In this document: one piece after another, positions 1 through 12,889 of the stretch
How positions within the stretch are numbered: the first letter of the stretch is position 1
How the letters are laid out: each line of letters begins with the position of its first letter
Assembly (NCBI RefSeq): GCF_964204865.1
Contig: NC_135255.1
Coordinates: 13,330,001 to 13,394,000 of the forward strand
Origin: Styela clava
Taxonomy: Eukaryota
DNA: 64,000 bases
Direction of reading: 5' to 3'
Notes under the pieces: model-generated
What the model was told of the DNA's origin: nothing
What the model saw: the letters and a program-made list of their open reading frames with translations, nothing else
Databases searched by the model: none
Made by a program: the position numbers and the translations under genes

Positions 1-3000
1 CCACTATAATTTATGAGAACATTGATACCTAGTTTATATGCGGAGAACGGGGACGCTATATTTTTCGAACTAGTAAAACTGTCGTCGATTGTTCTGCAGT
101 CCTATTCCCTTACTAATGTGGCGCCCTAGTTTGAAGAGTCTGATCTAGACATTGACTCATTGAGCAGATATGGGTAAATATCTAAACCGTATGGTACTAC
201 TTTATGGACTTGAAAACTGCCTTGGACGTCTTTTCCCAATGTAACGAGATCCAGGCAATAACCAGTTTGGTAAAATATGCACATAAAGTTACGCAAATGT
301 ATTTATTAAAAAAAATTAATAATATGCCATCAAAAGCATTTTTGCTTGCAGTGAGTGTCCAAGTGAAAAATGGAATCACGAAATACAGAAAAGGGGCAAA
401 GCAGTGACGGAAACATAAATACAAAGACTGAAAGAATATAAAATAAACTGCTGAAGATCAAAAAAAATGTTGGATCTTCTAAACTTCCAAATTTGCAGAA
501 AATGAGATATTCTAGACAAGGATCTTCTCACGAACTCGACAATAATTGAGCATCATTCACAGGAACAAATCGTATGCACAAAACTTTGGTTTAGGTCGGA
601 AGGAATCATCCAGTTTCTTGACAATATTCTGGTACAGAACTGATCTTCACAAACATCTTCCATCAATTCGTTAAGGTTACACTTAAACTAAGCAAGTAGT
701 CCTACAATACACCAAGTACTGCATAAAACAAAACAATATTAATTGGCATCTGCAAAGCCCATGAAGGAGCCGAGATGCAAAAATAACAGTTCATGTTTGT
801 TGTAGAACGGAACCTACTGCAGTATTAAACAGTACTTACTGCAAGTTGAGAAGAACGGGTACTGCAGAATATGCGAATCGAAGATATAGCTGGAAAAAAA
901 AATAAGTGGCAAAGATGTGTAGAAAAGATTATTGTTGTTATGAAAGTTTTTTTTATATTCTGCTCTATCGAAATGAAAGAAAAGTTTGATTAAGTTAAAT
1001 ACAGACAACCACCCTGCTGTATTCTAAGGGCGCTCACTTCCGAATACCCTACATTTCTATTCTGATGCAAAATATACTGTATATATACAAAAATGTAAAA
1101 TATTGAGATGCTTAATATAGTAACAAAGATAACCAACCACTCTCACCTTTTTATTGCAAGAAATTAACTTAAGGAGTTTTGGGCAGAAGACATCCTGCAT
1201 CCATCTGTAACCATGATGAACATCGAATCTTTTCGGGAATAAAATCTTCAGGTTTCGCATATGTTTTCAGAGTGGTGAGATACTGCAGTAACAGAGAAAA
1301 CGTATATTAAAACAAATAAATCGTAACAACATTGTGTAGAATGGAAAGGAATATAGAAAAGAAATAACAAATCAAACAATCCACAATGTCAGTTCTTCTT
1401 GCGGTTTCAATACAAGACATGTTGAGGAATTTCCGAAGCAATCAAAACACCTCCAACAGGCAATGCAAGAGTGATTTCAAATATCTGAAGTTACTATAAA
1501 CTTTATCTGCCTCTCTTAACACAATACTCTATCCTGTTGTTCCTAAACTGTTCTGATGAAGAGACTAAATACAAGTCGATATAAATATTTTACCTGAAAT
1601 TTTAGAATGGATGTATTCTAAATATGCATGTTAGTATTCGATAATAGGAAGAAAAAAATCCAAGACCTCTAAGTCTGCTGAAACTATACTGAAATCAAAT
1701 GAATATGAGTTTCTTATTACTTTAAAATGGGACATTCCTAAAATAGTGTGAGAAAGAATTTAAAAAGAAAATTTCTTTATTTTTCTTCAGAATGCAAAAT
1801 AATAGGAATGTCCATAGAATTCAGACACGACGAAGCCCGGGTTTCAGGGCTATAACATGCAGAAAACGCAATTTACTGTTTTAAAATATTGTGAATAAAT
1901 TGTACAAATTCAAAAACTTGAAGATTCCAGACTTCAAAGTCAAAACTAAAAGAATGACGAAATTCAAGCAAAGGAATAAATTACCAGTTTAAATGTTGCT
2001 ATTTAAATGATTTGGTTTCTGCAGACTAACTACTTAACTTTTATGCTTTTGTGTCGGTGAATCCATATGCACTCAATGCAAGGATGCTGTAGTAAGAGTG
2101 GAGATAACTATCCTAGTGATTCAAAAGTCTTGATGCACACTAACACAAATATATTTCTATAACGTTTCGTCTGACATTGAACTTAAAACAATGATGACAG
2201 GCTTTCAAATCAAACTGAAATGCTAGTCTTTCAACCAGCAAGATTATTAAAACTTCTGGTGTATCACTAGCAAAACAAAGCAGTTTTACAATCCAACACT
2301 CTGACTCTTGATTCATTGAAATAAGAAAGTGCATCTGATTTCAGTACTAGTTTAAGAGAATAAACATTTAACTGTGGCAAATACAAGACACATTCAAAAA
2401 TCTCATTCTATTCAAGCTGGAAATTTTCTACCTGCATCTTAAGGACATCAACTCCCATAATAGCTAATTCATCTGAAAGTATGAAATTATCACTTTACAA
2501 ATATAACAACTTTCTAATTGCACTCACCTGTTGCCCAGGAAACAAAGTTTAAAACATTTTACCAGTTAAGAAAAATTTATATTTACATCAGTCCACAGCT
2601 CACGAGAATACGGTACTGCATCCACAGACCGCCGGGACAGATGTATTGCCTAAAATAGGGATTATTTTCAATAAACATAATTGTCACTTTGTCAATTTCA
2701 CAAAATTAAAACTTGATACTCGTACCTTTGATATTCTTCCTCGAGAGAAAAGTGACAGGACTGATCTAGTGAATTTTGTGAAAAAAAAATAAAAAAATTA
2801 TTAAGTTGCCTCATGAAACTTTTATAAATCAATTACAAAAAGGATTTAAACATTGAACATCTAATTACTTAGCTTTACATACAACTCGTAAGAAAACATG
2901 TTGATTACCATAAAACTTAAATAGGAAATGAATCAAATATTATTCAAAAAAGATTATTCAAGATTTACTACATTTTCCATATCATCATGTTTTGACACAA

Positions 3001-3435
3001 TGTAGTGAAGTTATCCTCCATAATATGGAAACGATTGTTGAGTCATCTCCAAAACTGAGAAAATGTCGGCAAGCCCTGGAATATAAAAAAAAATTCCATA
3101 AAATTTGGAATATCTGAGTTAATGTTCCCGAAACCTTGATCTAAAATGCTGATGAAAGTACAGTCAACATTGAAAAACCAAACAAATATTATTTTTCCAT
3201 TACAAGATAATTTACAAAGACTGTGTATATCAAATACTAATTCTAAATGCCTATGAAGAACGCTAAAGCTAAAATGTTTCTACAATAACATTTCTAAATT
3301 TGGTATACTCTAATGGTCCCTTGTTTGATTGGAAAATTGTTGTTAAAGAATTCCTTTTACTTGAATATAAATTCAAAAATTCACCAAATCAAATACAAAT
3401 ATTCATAAACTTATTTAAATAGCTGCATATTAGTT

Positions 3436-3674
3436 TGCGCTCCCGAAGTATGTGAACCAAAATGGCAGACACCGGAACGTAGTACGTGTAGGCTACTAGG
3501 TTAGGGTTAGGCCATATTTTTATGCCAATTTTCCTTATTTTAGTTCTACTACGAGTTCAGGGACTAGGCAAGTGACTCCTATACTATGTACCTGAAATTA
3601 TGGCCTAGCCCTAACCTGGCACACATACCACGCTCAAGTGTTTGTCATTTTGAATCACATACTTCAGGAGTACC
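3436..3674. mobile_element. MITE with ~85-bp TIRs containing GGTTAGGGTTAGG; paralogs at 19883-20121, 34193-34420, 51128-51361
   Basis: GGYRCTCCYGAAGTATGTGAA... inverted ends; 8-bp TSD TACTAGTT intact in units 3 and 4. Confidence 0.85.
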
Positions 3675-4092
3675 TACTAGTTTACCTTCCAACAAATCAC
3701 CATTTATCCACTTACCTCAATAACAGTGGAACATTATACGGCATCAGATCAGTAAGAAAATTATAAGCAGTTGATATGTGTTGCCTTGTATGAAAGCATG
3801 ATAAGTAGATAGACGCAACCTGAAGTTTATAAAATAGTAAAATCAATATCATCATGTAAATACTGTCATTATCAAAAATCGATCGGTCTATGCATTATTA
3901 TATTTTATATTTAAAATATTTAGTATCCTAAATGAGTTTATTATCATTAAGCAAAAAAGCAAATTCACAAAAATCTTTATTATTCCGAGAATTAGACATA
4001 AACATCTATAAAAAATAAAAAGATATCAATTTTAATAAACAACTGTACACTTACTATTATTATGTATCATGTTAGAATCTGGTAACCTAGAG

Positions 4093-4612
4093 CAGTGCTC
4101 TTCAACCGGGTATACGGTATACACTTGTGTATACCAGACCAAAAGTTGGGTATACAACTGAAAAAGGGTATACGAAAGGTGTACAGCGTAAATTAGGAAA
4201 TCTAAACTCTAATATATATAATTAATTATAAAATATTCAATTGGAGACAACAATGCAAACGCGGCGCACATGAAATATAAAATGTTATTAACGCTAAGAA
4301 CCGACGTGAGCACATTGTTACATCACAATTTATATAGATAATACGGTCATGTGTCTGGGTTGGTGATTTCGTCTGCCATGCACTTTGTTTGATTTACGTC
4401 GAACATTATTCCCGTCGACGCTAAGGCAGTCAGTCAAATTTATAACTTGCGGTCACTAGCCTATTAGATTGCATGATGAGATTGCAGTACAATATGGCCC
4501 TAAATGTTATTGTTTATTTGAGCCTCAAATAAACATTGGTATTTGTAAGGTATACAAAGTTCTTGAAAAACTGTAAAAGGTATACTTCGATAAAAAAGGT
4601 TGAAGAACACTG
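4093..4612. mobile_element. Non-autonomous hAT element (520 bp)
   Basis: TIR CAGTGYTCTTCAACC at both ends; 8-bp TSD ACCTAGAG at 4085-4092 and 4613-4620; single empty site at ~20532. Confidence 0.9.
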
Positions 4613-5615
4613 ACCTAGAGTACATCATCGCCAATAAGTTCACATTATATTTCTACCTGATTATGAAATGTGTAGTCAGAAAATCTGGCATCAGAGCTGA
4701 GCAATTCATCAATGGCTAAATCTGGAGAACAAGTTGTTATGCATCGACGAATAACTGCAGTAAAATTCTTTAACCATATTTGACGCGTTTTTACAGTTAT
4801 TGTTGTTGGTTCGACTAGTTTTGAAGCAAGATGCTGACGATATAGAAGATATCTGTATAGAAAATTTGATATAAAAAAAATGGACTCGGGATATTTTTTT
4901 TTCCAAATGGGAGATGTTTTGACCATTTATGTAGTAGTAGTACTTACATATTTATCCTGGAGGAGAGAAAAGAATAGGAATGGAACGCTTAGCACAACGT
5001 GCCACTGGATATCATCAAGATGTCAAAGGTGACGTGACAATTGAAATTTTAAGAAGTCGCTTAGACAATTTTTAATTCAAGATTCTCAGGCATGGCTGGA
5101 AACATTATCTAGCATTTGATTAGTTTTTTCGTTGTCTCCAAAACGTGAGTACAATTAAACAACTGAATGATTATTTTGTCTTCCTAAAAGTTTTAATTCA
5201 GTCACAAGGATCAAAAATGAGTCCTGAGAAGAGAAACTCAAATTAGCTATCAATACTTTTGGATTTTACAATGATGGTATCAAGAAGTATCCAAATAAGT
5301 ATTTCGAGGAAAATGAATTATTTGAATATACTTTTATTTTTATTATTAAAAAAATTTGCGAATCTGATTATAAAGTCCCACCTTAGCCATATTTGTCTTC
5401 TATCATTTTCATCACCCACATCCACAATTGCCTTTTCATAATAATCCAGTATAACGTTGACAGATTCGCTGGATAAATCGAGAATTACACTGAAAAGAAC
5501 ATGATACACCATAAAGCATTGTTCAAAAATGAATAGAATCCAAATAGGAATTCCATTACAATTTCCTTAATCACAAACATTGATTGAGTGGCACATCAGG
5601 ATATTTCTGGATCTA

Positions 5616-6100
5616 CAGGGTGTCCATAAAGTCCCTTTATATTTTCAATTTTGTTACGAAGTCAGGTCTAAATATATCTTAACCAGGTTTGTTGTTTTTT
5701 ATTCAGTGAATTCAAAAGTATTTTTACTTCATCGATCTCGATAAGTATGTTGATAGGTATTTGTTGGTTTGTTTGTCTGTCAGACACTTTCGTATGTTAC
5801 GCGATATCTCACGAAAACCAGGTTTGAATCTACTCCAAATTTTGCATGTGCATTCAATATATATTGAATCAGAAGCCTATTGCTTTTGGATGAATTATGT
5901 CGTATAATTAGCGAGTTAATAATTATTTAGTGATGGAACATGCGGTGTTGTTATAGAGTCAGAGCGAAGGATTCGAAACCGCAGATCGATAAGTCGACGG
6001 TCTTCGATCGCTAGCTAGTTTAATACATCTGTAAGGGCCGAAACAATTTATGACATCGATAAATACCATTTGCAATATTAAAAAAAATTGAGACACCCAA
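5616..6100. mobile_element. Tc1/mariner-like MITE with a nested Helitron/DINE-like insert (~5731-6019); paralogs ~21501-21984, ~35775-36240
   Basis: TA-CAGGGTGTC ... GACACCC-(nn)-TA. The inner piece has a GTTT/GTCT microsatellite, a GATCGA..TCGATC hairpin and a CTAG end. Confidence 0.5.
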
Positions 6101-6406
6101 TATATCTTAACACTCATAATTTCAACAGCCTTGATCTATTTCACTTACATGTAAATCATCCATAAATATGCTTTGTTCTTCCCAACAATTTTCCAACTAA
6201 TTTCCGGTAAAAGAGAAAGATGTTTGTCAGTTAATGAATCCGATAATCTCAATAAGTAGTGAAATAATTTCTTCAATTCTGATAAATTAATCACATCTAT
6301 ATCTGAAAAAGATACCAAAATGAAGCAAAAATTGAGAACCTAATATTAATATTAAAATCAACACTTAGGGTGTAATAAACTAGGCAATGCCGAAACCTGG
6401 TAACTA

Positions 6407-6552
6407 CAGGGTGGTGGCTAGAAAAACAGTACCAACCTAAAACAACCAAGAACCTAAAAGAAATAAAAATGTATCGAAAAAGAAATAAGCACACATTTTA
6501 TTTGTGATGTCATGTGACCTTCAAATTTTCTGCTTTTTTATCAACCACCCTG
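6407..6552. mobile_element. Small inverted-repeat element; paralogs ~22295, ~36547
   Basis: CAGGGTGGTGGCTAGAAAAA ... TTTTTATCAACCACCCTG. Confidence 0.5.
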
Positions 6553-7238
6553 GTGTATTTCACATGATGAATCTTGATTTTATAAAAACCACAAAACTTT
6601 TACCTATTTTCAAATAAGCTGAAGCACAAGTTTCAAAATACAGAAGTGCAGCATCAATGTCCGATGATTCTTGATTCAATTGAAACAAAGCTGCTTCATA
6701 ACAAAGTTTTGCATCAGATGGATTTTCTGTCACAGCTTCTTCAAAGACCTTTAAAAAAGTAATATTAAATAGATAAGATCTTCTTGCCTGTTTGTCCTAT
6801 CCATGACTGTTATAATATCCCATTAAAAATAAGTATGCATTAACGATTTGACATTTCTCATTTATTACCACAAGAAAAATAATTTTTTTATTCTTTCAAA
6901 CTTAACATAATAATTTTGATATTTCAGTGCCTTTTTTATGCTTCTAATGGCTCAGTTATAGTTACATAGTTAATAGCTTTTTCAAGCTGCAAAATAACAT
7001 TTCAAACGCCTAAATGTCTGTTTTTCAGGCACTTCGTCATTTTCTCACACAACACATTTTGACAACAATACCAAACGCGCAGAAATTTCACAGCCAAATA
7101 GCAGGGGAAACAAGTTTTTTGCAATTTCCCATGGCAATTCAAAACACTTCACGACAAAAATAGCACTTTTTTAGCCATTCAAATTTAATGAATGGAAACA
7201 TTCCAACCTCTGAAATCTAAACGAATACAAAAATTCAA

Positions 7239-7246
7239 TATAAATA
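7239..7246 (+). promoter_or_regulatory. Candidate TATA box of collectin A; equivalents at ~23098, 26171, 37343, 58284
   Basis: TATAAATA conserved ~90-110 bp downstream of the paired site in five copies. An aaacAG acceptor 9 nt before each ATG implies a spliced 5' leader. Confidence 0.5.
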
Positions 7247-7451
7247 CTTTGCTTGCTACAGTAGTACAGTCAGCTGCTTAAGGCAGTAGGTTGGCATGCA
7301 TAGATGTATTTGCCTCAACTTTATAAATAACAAATAGTAACATAGAAGTTTCATTGAAATGGAATTGCAACTTGATTAATTTTAGACAGAAATGTATGTT
7401 AGACTGCATTTGAGTTTCAATTCTAATGTTTGCTTTAAACAGGCGTTAAAT

Positions 7452-9195
7452 ATGAGTAAGGGTATACTATATTGGATGTTTTTGAGCATTCAATTGCTCG
7501 TCAACCAAGTATATTGCAATCAAAGAATTTGCATGCAAATTGAAAATGTCAATGCAGAAGAAACCTACCCAATTCCACCACAACGAAGTTCACAGGGTGT
7601 TCCGGGCAAACGTGGGCCACCTGGTGAAATTGGCCCAAAAGGATCACAAGGGCCCAGAGGCCCAAAAGGAATTGTCGATTATGAAAGAATGAATGCAGCA
7701 ATAGAATCAGGTAATTTAAATTAATATTGAATTCGTTATTGGTTGTAAGCATCAGTGGGGCTTGTACAAAGCCTTGTCTGAGTGGAAGATCTTGCAGATT
7801 TCCCTTTAAAGGAATATATTGAAGTTTACTTCTTATTGTATATATATATAGTTTAAATGATGATATAATGACTGTTCGTATGAATGGACTTTGTATAGAT
7901 AAACCTAAGAATGTGGTTTTGGCAGAACATCCAATAATATTCTGTTGCAAAATCTTCTCACTCATTCATTGGTATTAAATTGAAATAAGGTATCCCTAAC
8001 ATTGATTCATTTAAAAATTTAGTTTGTATGATTTATACTATTAGTTCAGCGACCCATACTTTTATATGTAACTTGTTGCAGTGATAAATGATCTGCGGAC
8101 AGAAACGGAAGAGAAGATGAATAAAACCATGAATGATCTTCAGCAGAGGATGGGTAATAGTCGACTAAACTATCAATTATGTAAAACTGTTTTGTTAACA
8201 TTACATGATGAATTTTTTGTCAATGAGTTCTCAAACCTAAAATGCAAACTGGAAACATAAAAATTGTTGGGCAAATAAAATTCAGAATCCAGAATTCCCA
8301 ACATGAATTTAATTCATTTTTAAATAGAGCTAATTAAAAATTTCATTTTCTAGATAAAACAGTCAACTGTGAAGTCCTTCACAAAAATAAATGTTATCGG
8401 ATGATACTTCGTGGAACCACAATGCATTTTGACCAAGCAACACAAGCATGTAGAGATATTGGTATGAATATTGGATACATTGAAGATGAAACACATTACC
8501 AAAAAATAGCAGAGTTAGTCAGATCAAAATCAACATCATCTGGGACAGGATACTGGACAGGACTATTGTACAAAAACTCAGTGAGTATTTAAATTTGATT
8601 CATAACGAATATGGTGAACCAGCAAATATTTATCATTTCTATCACATTAAACTATCATTGTCTTATCTCGAATTAGGCTCAGAGCATAGTGCCAAACGTT
8701 AGGAATACGCTTGCCACAACACCTCAGATTACCCTGCGTGGGTTGGATGGTCCGATCATGTGTGGGATAACTATGTACAAGATAATTGCTGGACTTCTCG
8801 CTTCCATAGGGTGGTTCACATAACCGCTGGTCAGTTACAGCTTCCTTCACTGTCAAGTTCATGCATCAGGAAACTGGCCAACTAATCCCATACCCAACAT
8901 GACTGGTAACCGTACAAGAGGCTGCGGTTCCCCATATCATTATTAAGTCGCCTTATCGTCTCACCCTTGATACATATGTAACTCCTATCCTATCTATTTT
9001 AGCAACTTGTGACACTTTCTGGAAATCCATCACCGTTCATTAAATGGTATTCGGGTACACCCAGAAGTGGTGAGCAAAACAAAAATGTGTACATTTATGT
9101 CAGGAAAGATACAGGAAGTGAAAAACCACGGCATGGATAACAACAATCCAACACTCACACTACCTGGAGTGTTATGTCAAATCATGTATACTTAA
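7452..9195 (+). pseudogene. Collectin-like gene copy A (collagen + neck + C-type lectin); 1-nt frameshift in last exon
   Basis: GT-AG exons 7452-7710, 8082-8153, 8363-8580 (alternative in-frame acceptor at 8354), 9003-9195 with compatible phases. Signal peptide MSKGILYWMFLSIQLLVNQVYC, 9 Gly-X-Y, neck INDLRTETEEKMNKTMNDLQQRM, CTLD motifs C-x7-CY, FDQATQAC, YWTGL, VLCQ. An extra A in the run at 9121-9125 gives TAA at 9138-9140; this could be a homopolymer sequencing error. Confidence 0.85.
8676..8994 (+). mobile_element. Older copy of the same SINE filling collectin intron 3; also at ~24431-24754, 28563-28881, 39640-39958, 57026-57346, 60063-60368
   Basis: Colinear with 14211-14587 (cgttaggaatacg, agggtggttcac, atcccataccc, tcctatcctat). 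Confidence 0.85.
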
Positions 9196-9766
9196 GATCG
9201 GATTTGCAAGCATTGTTCACATAGTTTTATTTGTTAACTTCTCCAATCACACAATACTACAATGCTAGTTATATTGTCAATATTCAAATTACATAAATCG
9301 TATGGTGCCCTTGCTTACAAAATTCCATTTTTTTTATTATTTTATGATTTGATCATTATCTTGCTTGATATCAATCACATATCAAGTGAATATGGTCAAA
9401 ATTAATGTTGTGTTTTTTTGGTACTGGCAACAAATATATGAATAATTAAAAATTAAAAAAGTATGGTCGAAATAAAAGATAGAGATGGGAGAAGCATATT
9501 TGATTTGTAAAGTACGGTAGTAGTTTTGCGGAAAACATCAAATTTTCATTTCCTGGCAGTCGAAGGATTAATTGACTAATTATTTGATTAATTCCAATAC
9601 TATACCTGTGTAGCAGATAAGCTGTCGCCCTTCTTCACCAAAACATCTGCCCATATTATAGAAATATCAGTCACTCCCTTTTTGATCTGAGTTAGCGTTT
9701 CCTCATTTATTGACAGTTTTTGTATCGCTTTAGTCATAGTTTTACACAAAAACCTGTAAAACCAAG

Positions 9767-9823
9767 AAACTCATTCAAACTCATTGAAAACTCATTCAAA
9801 CTCATTGAAAACTCATTCAAACT
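9767..9823. repeat. 21-bp minisatellite (aaactcattcaaactcattga) x ~2.6, unit 1 only
   Basis: Direct inspection; replaces a longer intronic stretch seen in units 2-4. Confidence 0.7.
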
Positions 9824-12800
9824 TTTTCTCTGATTTCTAGAATCTTATTATTTTCAGGAACAAATTATTGAGGATACAAAATTTCTGACATTACATTTTG
9901 ATGAATATGGAATAAAAATTTACATTTAGTTTTGAATTTGCGATAATCTTTAGAATAGAAAGTCATAAATCAGAATGATATGTTTTACTTTTTAATGTAT
10001 ATATACTATGTAAATAAAATCATTCAGTTAATCAGTTGTTTTATTCGTCGATATTGGGCTGATTGGCCATTGTGAAGAAACCAAATACAACGAAGATCAC
10101 ATCATGGGGAAATGCAACATAGAATTCAATGATAGAAATGAACAGGTTGTAAAGTACTGGTTAGGATGACAATCAATCGAGATAAAAAAAAAGAGAATTC
10201 CCAATTCTTACTTTCAACTATTAGCAGCGTTGTCCCATTTTTGCTGAGATATTTCCAATCGCAATCTTTCCCGAAGTAACTGTAGAGCTGATAATGGATC
10301 TTCAGTTGATGAAGAATCCTTGATAGCAACTGAATCAAACATATAGTAAAATTAAGAATAACTTTGAAAATTCAAAAATACAAACGACAGAACTGCCCAA
10401 ATGAGCGAAGCCATTAAAAGAAATCCTACATTTCAAATTCATTAAAAAATTAGTTGTAAACGATTATTCACAATATTTCATTACAATTACGGCAACGAAG
10501 TGATGCCTAATTTAGGTCGTAATTGTAATTATATCGATTCATACCCTACAGACAGAACAGAAGATATATGGCCTATTTAACTCATGATGACGTCACAAAT
10601 ATAAAAAAAAAACTAGTAAAAACAATGTTTATGCTATTCCCAATATTTTCAAACTTTATATGTGTAAATTTTTTCATCTTATCAAACGAAAAAATTCAAA
10701 AATAATTTCATGATGTATTTGGAATGATAAATTATTTAATTTGGCCACCCCTGACCCGTACCATTATCTAAGTGAACAGGTCATAAAGCGTTGAGAATCA
10801 CCCCTAATGGGCATATTCGATAGTCCATTAGGCTACTCACCGTCAAGGTCAGCATGCAGGTTAGAATAGAAACTTTCGTCAAGTTTATTCCTTGAATTAA
10901 AGTCAAGCTGAACTTCTAATCCTGGATAAACTTTGATCCCGAAATAATTTCGAGCATTGAATGCAGAGCTAAAAAGTGACAAATAAGTGATATGTATTTC
11001 TGCTCAATATAGAAATTTGACTCACTCACAAATTCAAAGTAATTATGAGAATAACGGATTCAGGTATTTATTTTCACTGTGCATGAAAATTCAGTCAGTT
11101 TTTAAAGTCAAAATTTGACTATTGAAATTTCAAAGAAGTAAATGAGAAAACAAAGACACATATAAAGCAGTGCTTGCTGCTTTGACAGCAATATGATAGG
11201 ATGTTTCACTAAATAGTGCATTGTGAAAAATAAATAAATAAAACAGCTCAACCAATAACCATATTGCACACCATAACATATCCTATTATTCGATTGCTAG
11301 TCTACATTAGGTATGGGGTAAAGGTAACCAATTGATCATTTGAAATAGACGGATATGGATAAAACTTGGTATTGTTTTCAGACACTTACTTGCACCTTCC
11401 GCTGCCTACAAGGCCCTGTACAAGCAGCAACTGAGAACTCACTCGAACCCAATCAAAATGTATGAAGCTACCGCTATTAGAACAGCCCCAGATCTTTCCG
11501 GTTAGGCATTGCCTACACATTTTCATATTACTCTGGGTGAGGTGGGACTTATGGGATATTAACCCAAGATGAATAATATTATTAGAGTACCAAACCAGAA
11601 AACTCTTCTTTTCACTTTTTGTTACATTACCTTATATTTGGAAAAAAGCATCGTGGGAGATTATTGAAATGCACGACGTTTAAATATGCCAACCAAAGAT
11701 GATTAAGATCAGTCGACGTCAAACATCTATTCAAAGAAGATGTAGAAAAGGTGGGAAACTTCTGACTTTGTGGAGAGAATTCTTTTACTGTTACCTGTAG
11801 AAATGTTTTCGAATGTTAGAGGGACAAAAGTCGTAAAAAAAGGTCAGTCTAGATAAGGGTTATTCAAAATGAACCCTCCGCTCCACTAGGGGACCACAGA
11901 GAGTTTCCCTCTGGGCAAAAAGAACTTTCACTAGGTTTCATTCACGATAACGATGACAGATCTAGATTAACATTCCAAGTTATCGAGTAAAATCTTGTCT
12001 GATATTATGCAGAAAATTTGAAAAATTAAAAAAAAAAATAACTTCTTTTGAAATATTTTGCTCTCGGTAACGAATTATACATATGGATCGCTATACTATT
12101 TCTCATTGTTGTTATTCTTGTTGACATTATTTGGAAAAAATGGCCAGTACTGCTTGATTTCTCATTTTTAGTACTTAGATAGAAAAAGTTGCAAATTTGC
12201 TATTGCTTTTATTTTATTTCTCAAATTTTTCTATGAGACCATTATAATTACGAAAAACTTTTAGGGCTTTAATTAAAGGGGACACTTTTTTATTTCATCA
12301 CACTGGTCTTTTTTTGTCATAATTGGTGCTATGAGGTCTTACCGTAACCTTTGATGCACAGAGGGTCATATAGAAATGGTTATCTGGCCAGATTGGTTCA
12401 ACAGTTATTGTTAATATATGCCTTCAACATTGGAGCATTAATAAACATCGTTAGTCAAATGAACTTAACTTATTGAGACAATGTAACTATTTATTACGAA
12501 ATTCGAATGATAAGAAATATACTTGAAAATGATTAATTTGATCAAAAAAATAATTCTTACTTTCAACAATGGTAAAATCTTTAAAAATTTGGCGATTATA
12601 ATAATTGAAGTTGAGTTCGTTGCAACACTGTTTGCAAAAGCTATCTTGAAGTAACATCTGGTGATAAACCATTTACAGAGATCCCACCTTATAAAGAGAA
12701 AGAATATTGATAACAAACAACAATAAAATTTACGAAAAAGTCCCAGAGTCAAAAACAAAGTAACAAAAACTGAAAAATTTAGAAATCACGTTCAACATTT

Positions 12801-12889
12801 TTCAGCAAGTTTAAGAGGAGTTGGTCGTATAGAAATTCCCTTTTTACGTTTAAATCTCATGACAAAAGCTGTAAAGCAAGAAGTCAAAC

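Larger units (their letters stand above)
2587..12868 (-). pseudogene. ZFC3H1: ZFC3H1-like 3' half (HAT-repeat region), unit 1, disabled
   Basis: GT-AG exons in transcript order: 12868-12790, 12687-12561, 11794-11631, 10968-10841, 10329-10212, 9753-9606, 6748-6604, 6296-6149, 5489-5382, 4852-4657, 3819-3716, 3075-2972, 2765-2726, 2649-2587. Phases are compatible apart from the listed indels. Peptides such as LWLAYLNVVHFNNLP, VFEEAVTENPSDAKLCY, YLWMIY, FTAVIRRCITT..YTFHNQVASIYLSC and PYSRELWTD are colinear with the recalled C-terminus of vertebrate ZFC3H1 (e.g. FTDLVNRCLVT..YEFHNRVIFFYLSC). Lesions: stops in the first two exons, TGA at 10214-10216, 1-nt deletions in exon 12687-12561 and at ~3006. 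Confidence 0.8.

Noticed and set aside
1553-1585. Hammerhead ribozyme (CTGATGA..GAC-loop-GTC-GATA); similar CTGATGAG at ~38113
   Set aside because: The GAAA core and stems I/III could not be formed convincingly.
3500-3512. Interstitial telomere
   Set aside because: Only two TTAGG(G) units, and they are part of a MITE TIR.
7392-7451. Upstream starts given by the ORF track (MYVRL.., also 23251, 26588, 55747)
   Set aside because: They lie before an AG acceptor and are not conserved among copies; the signal peptide starts at the second Met.
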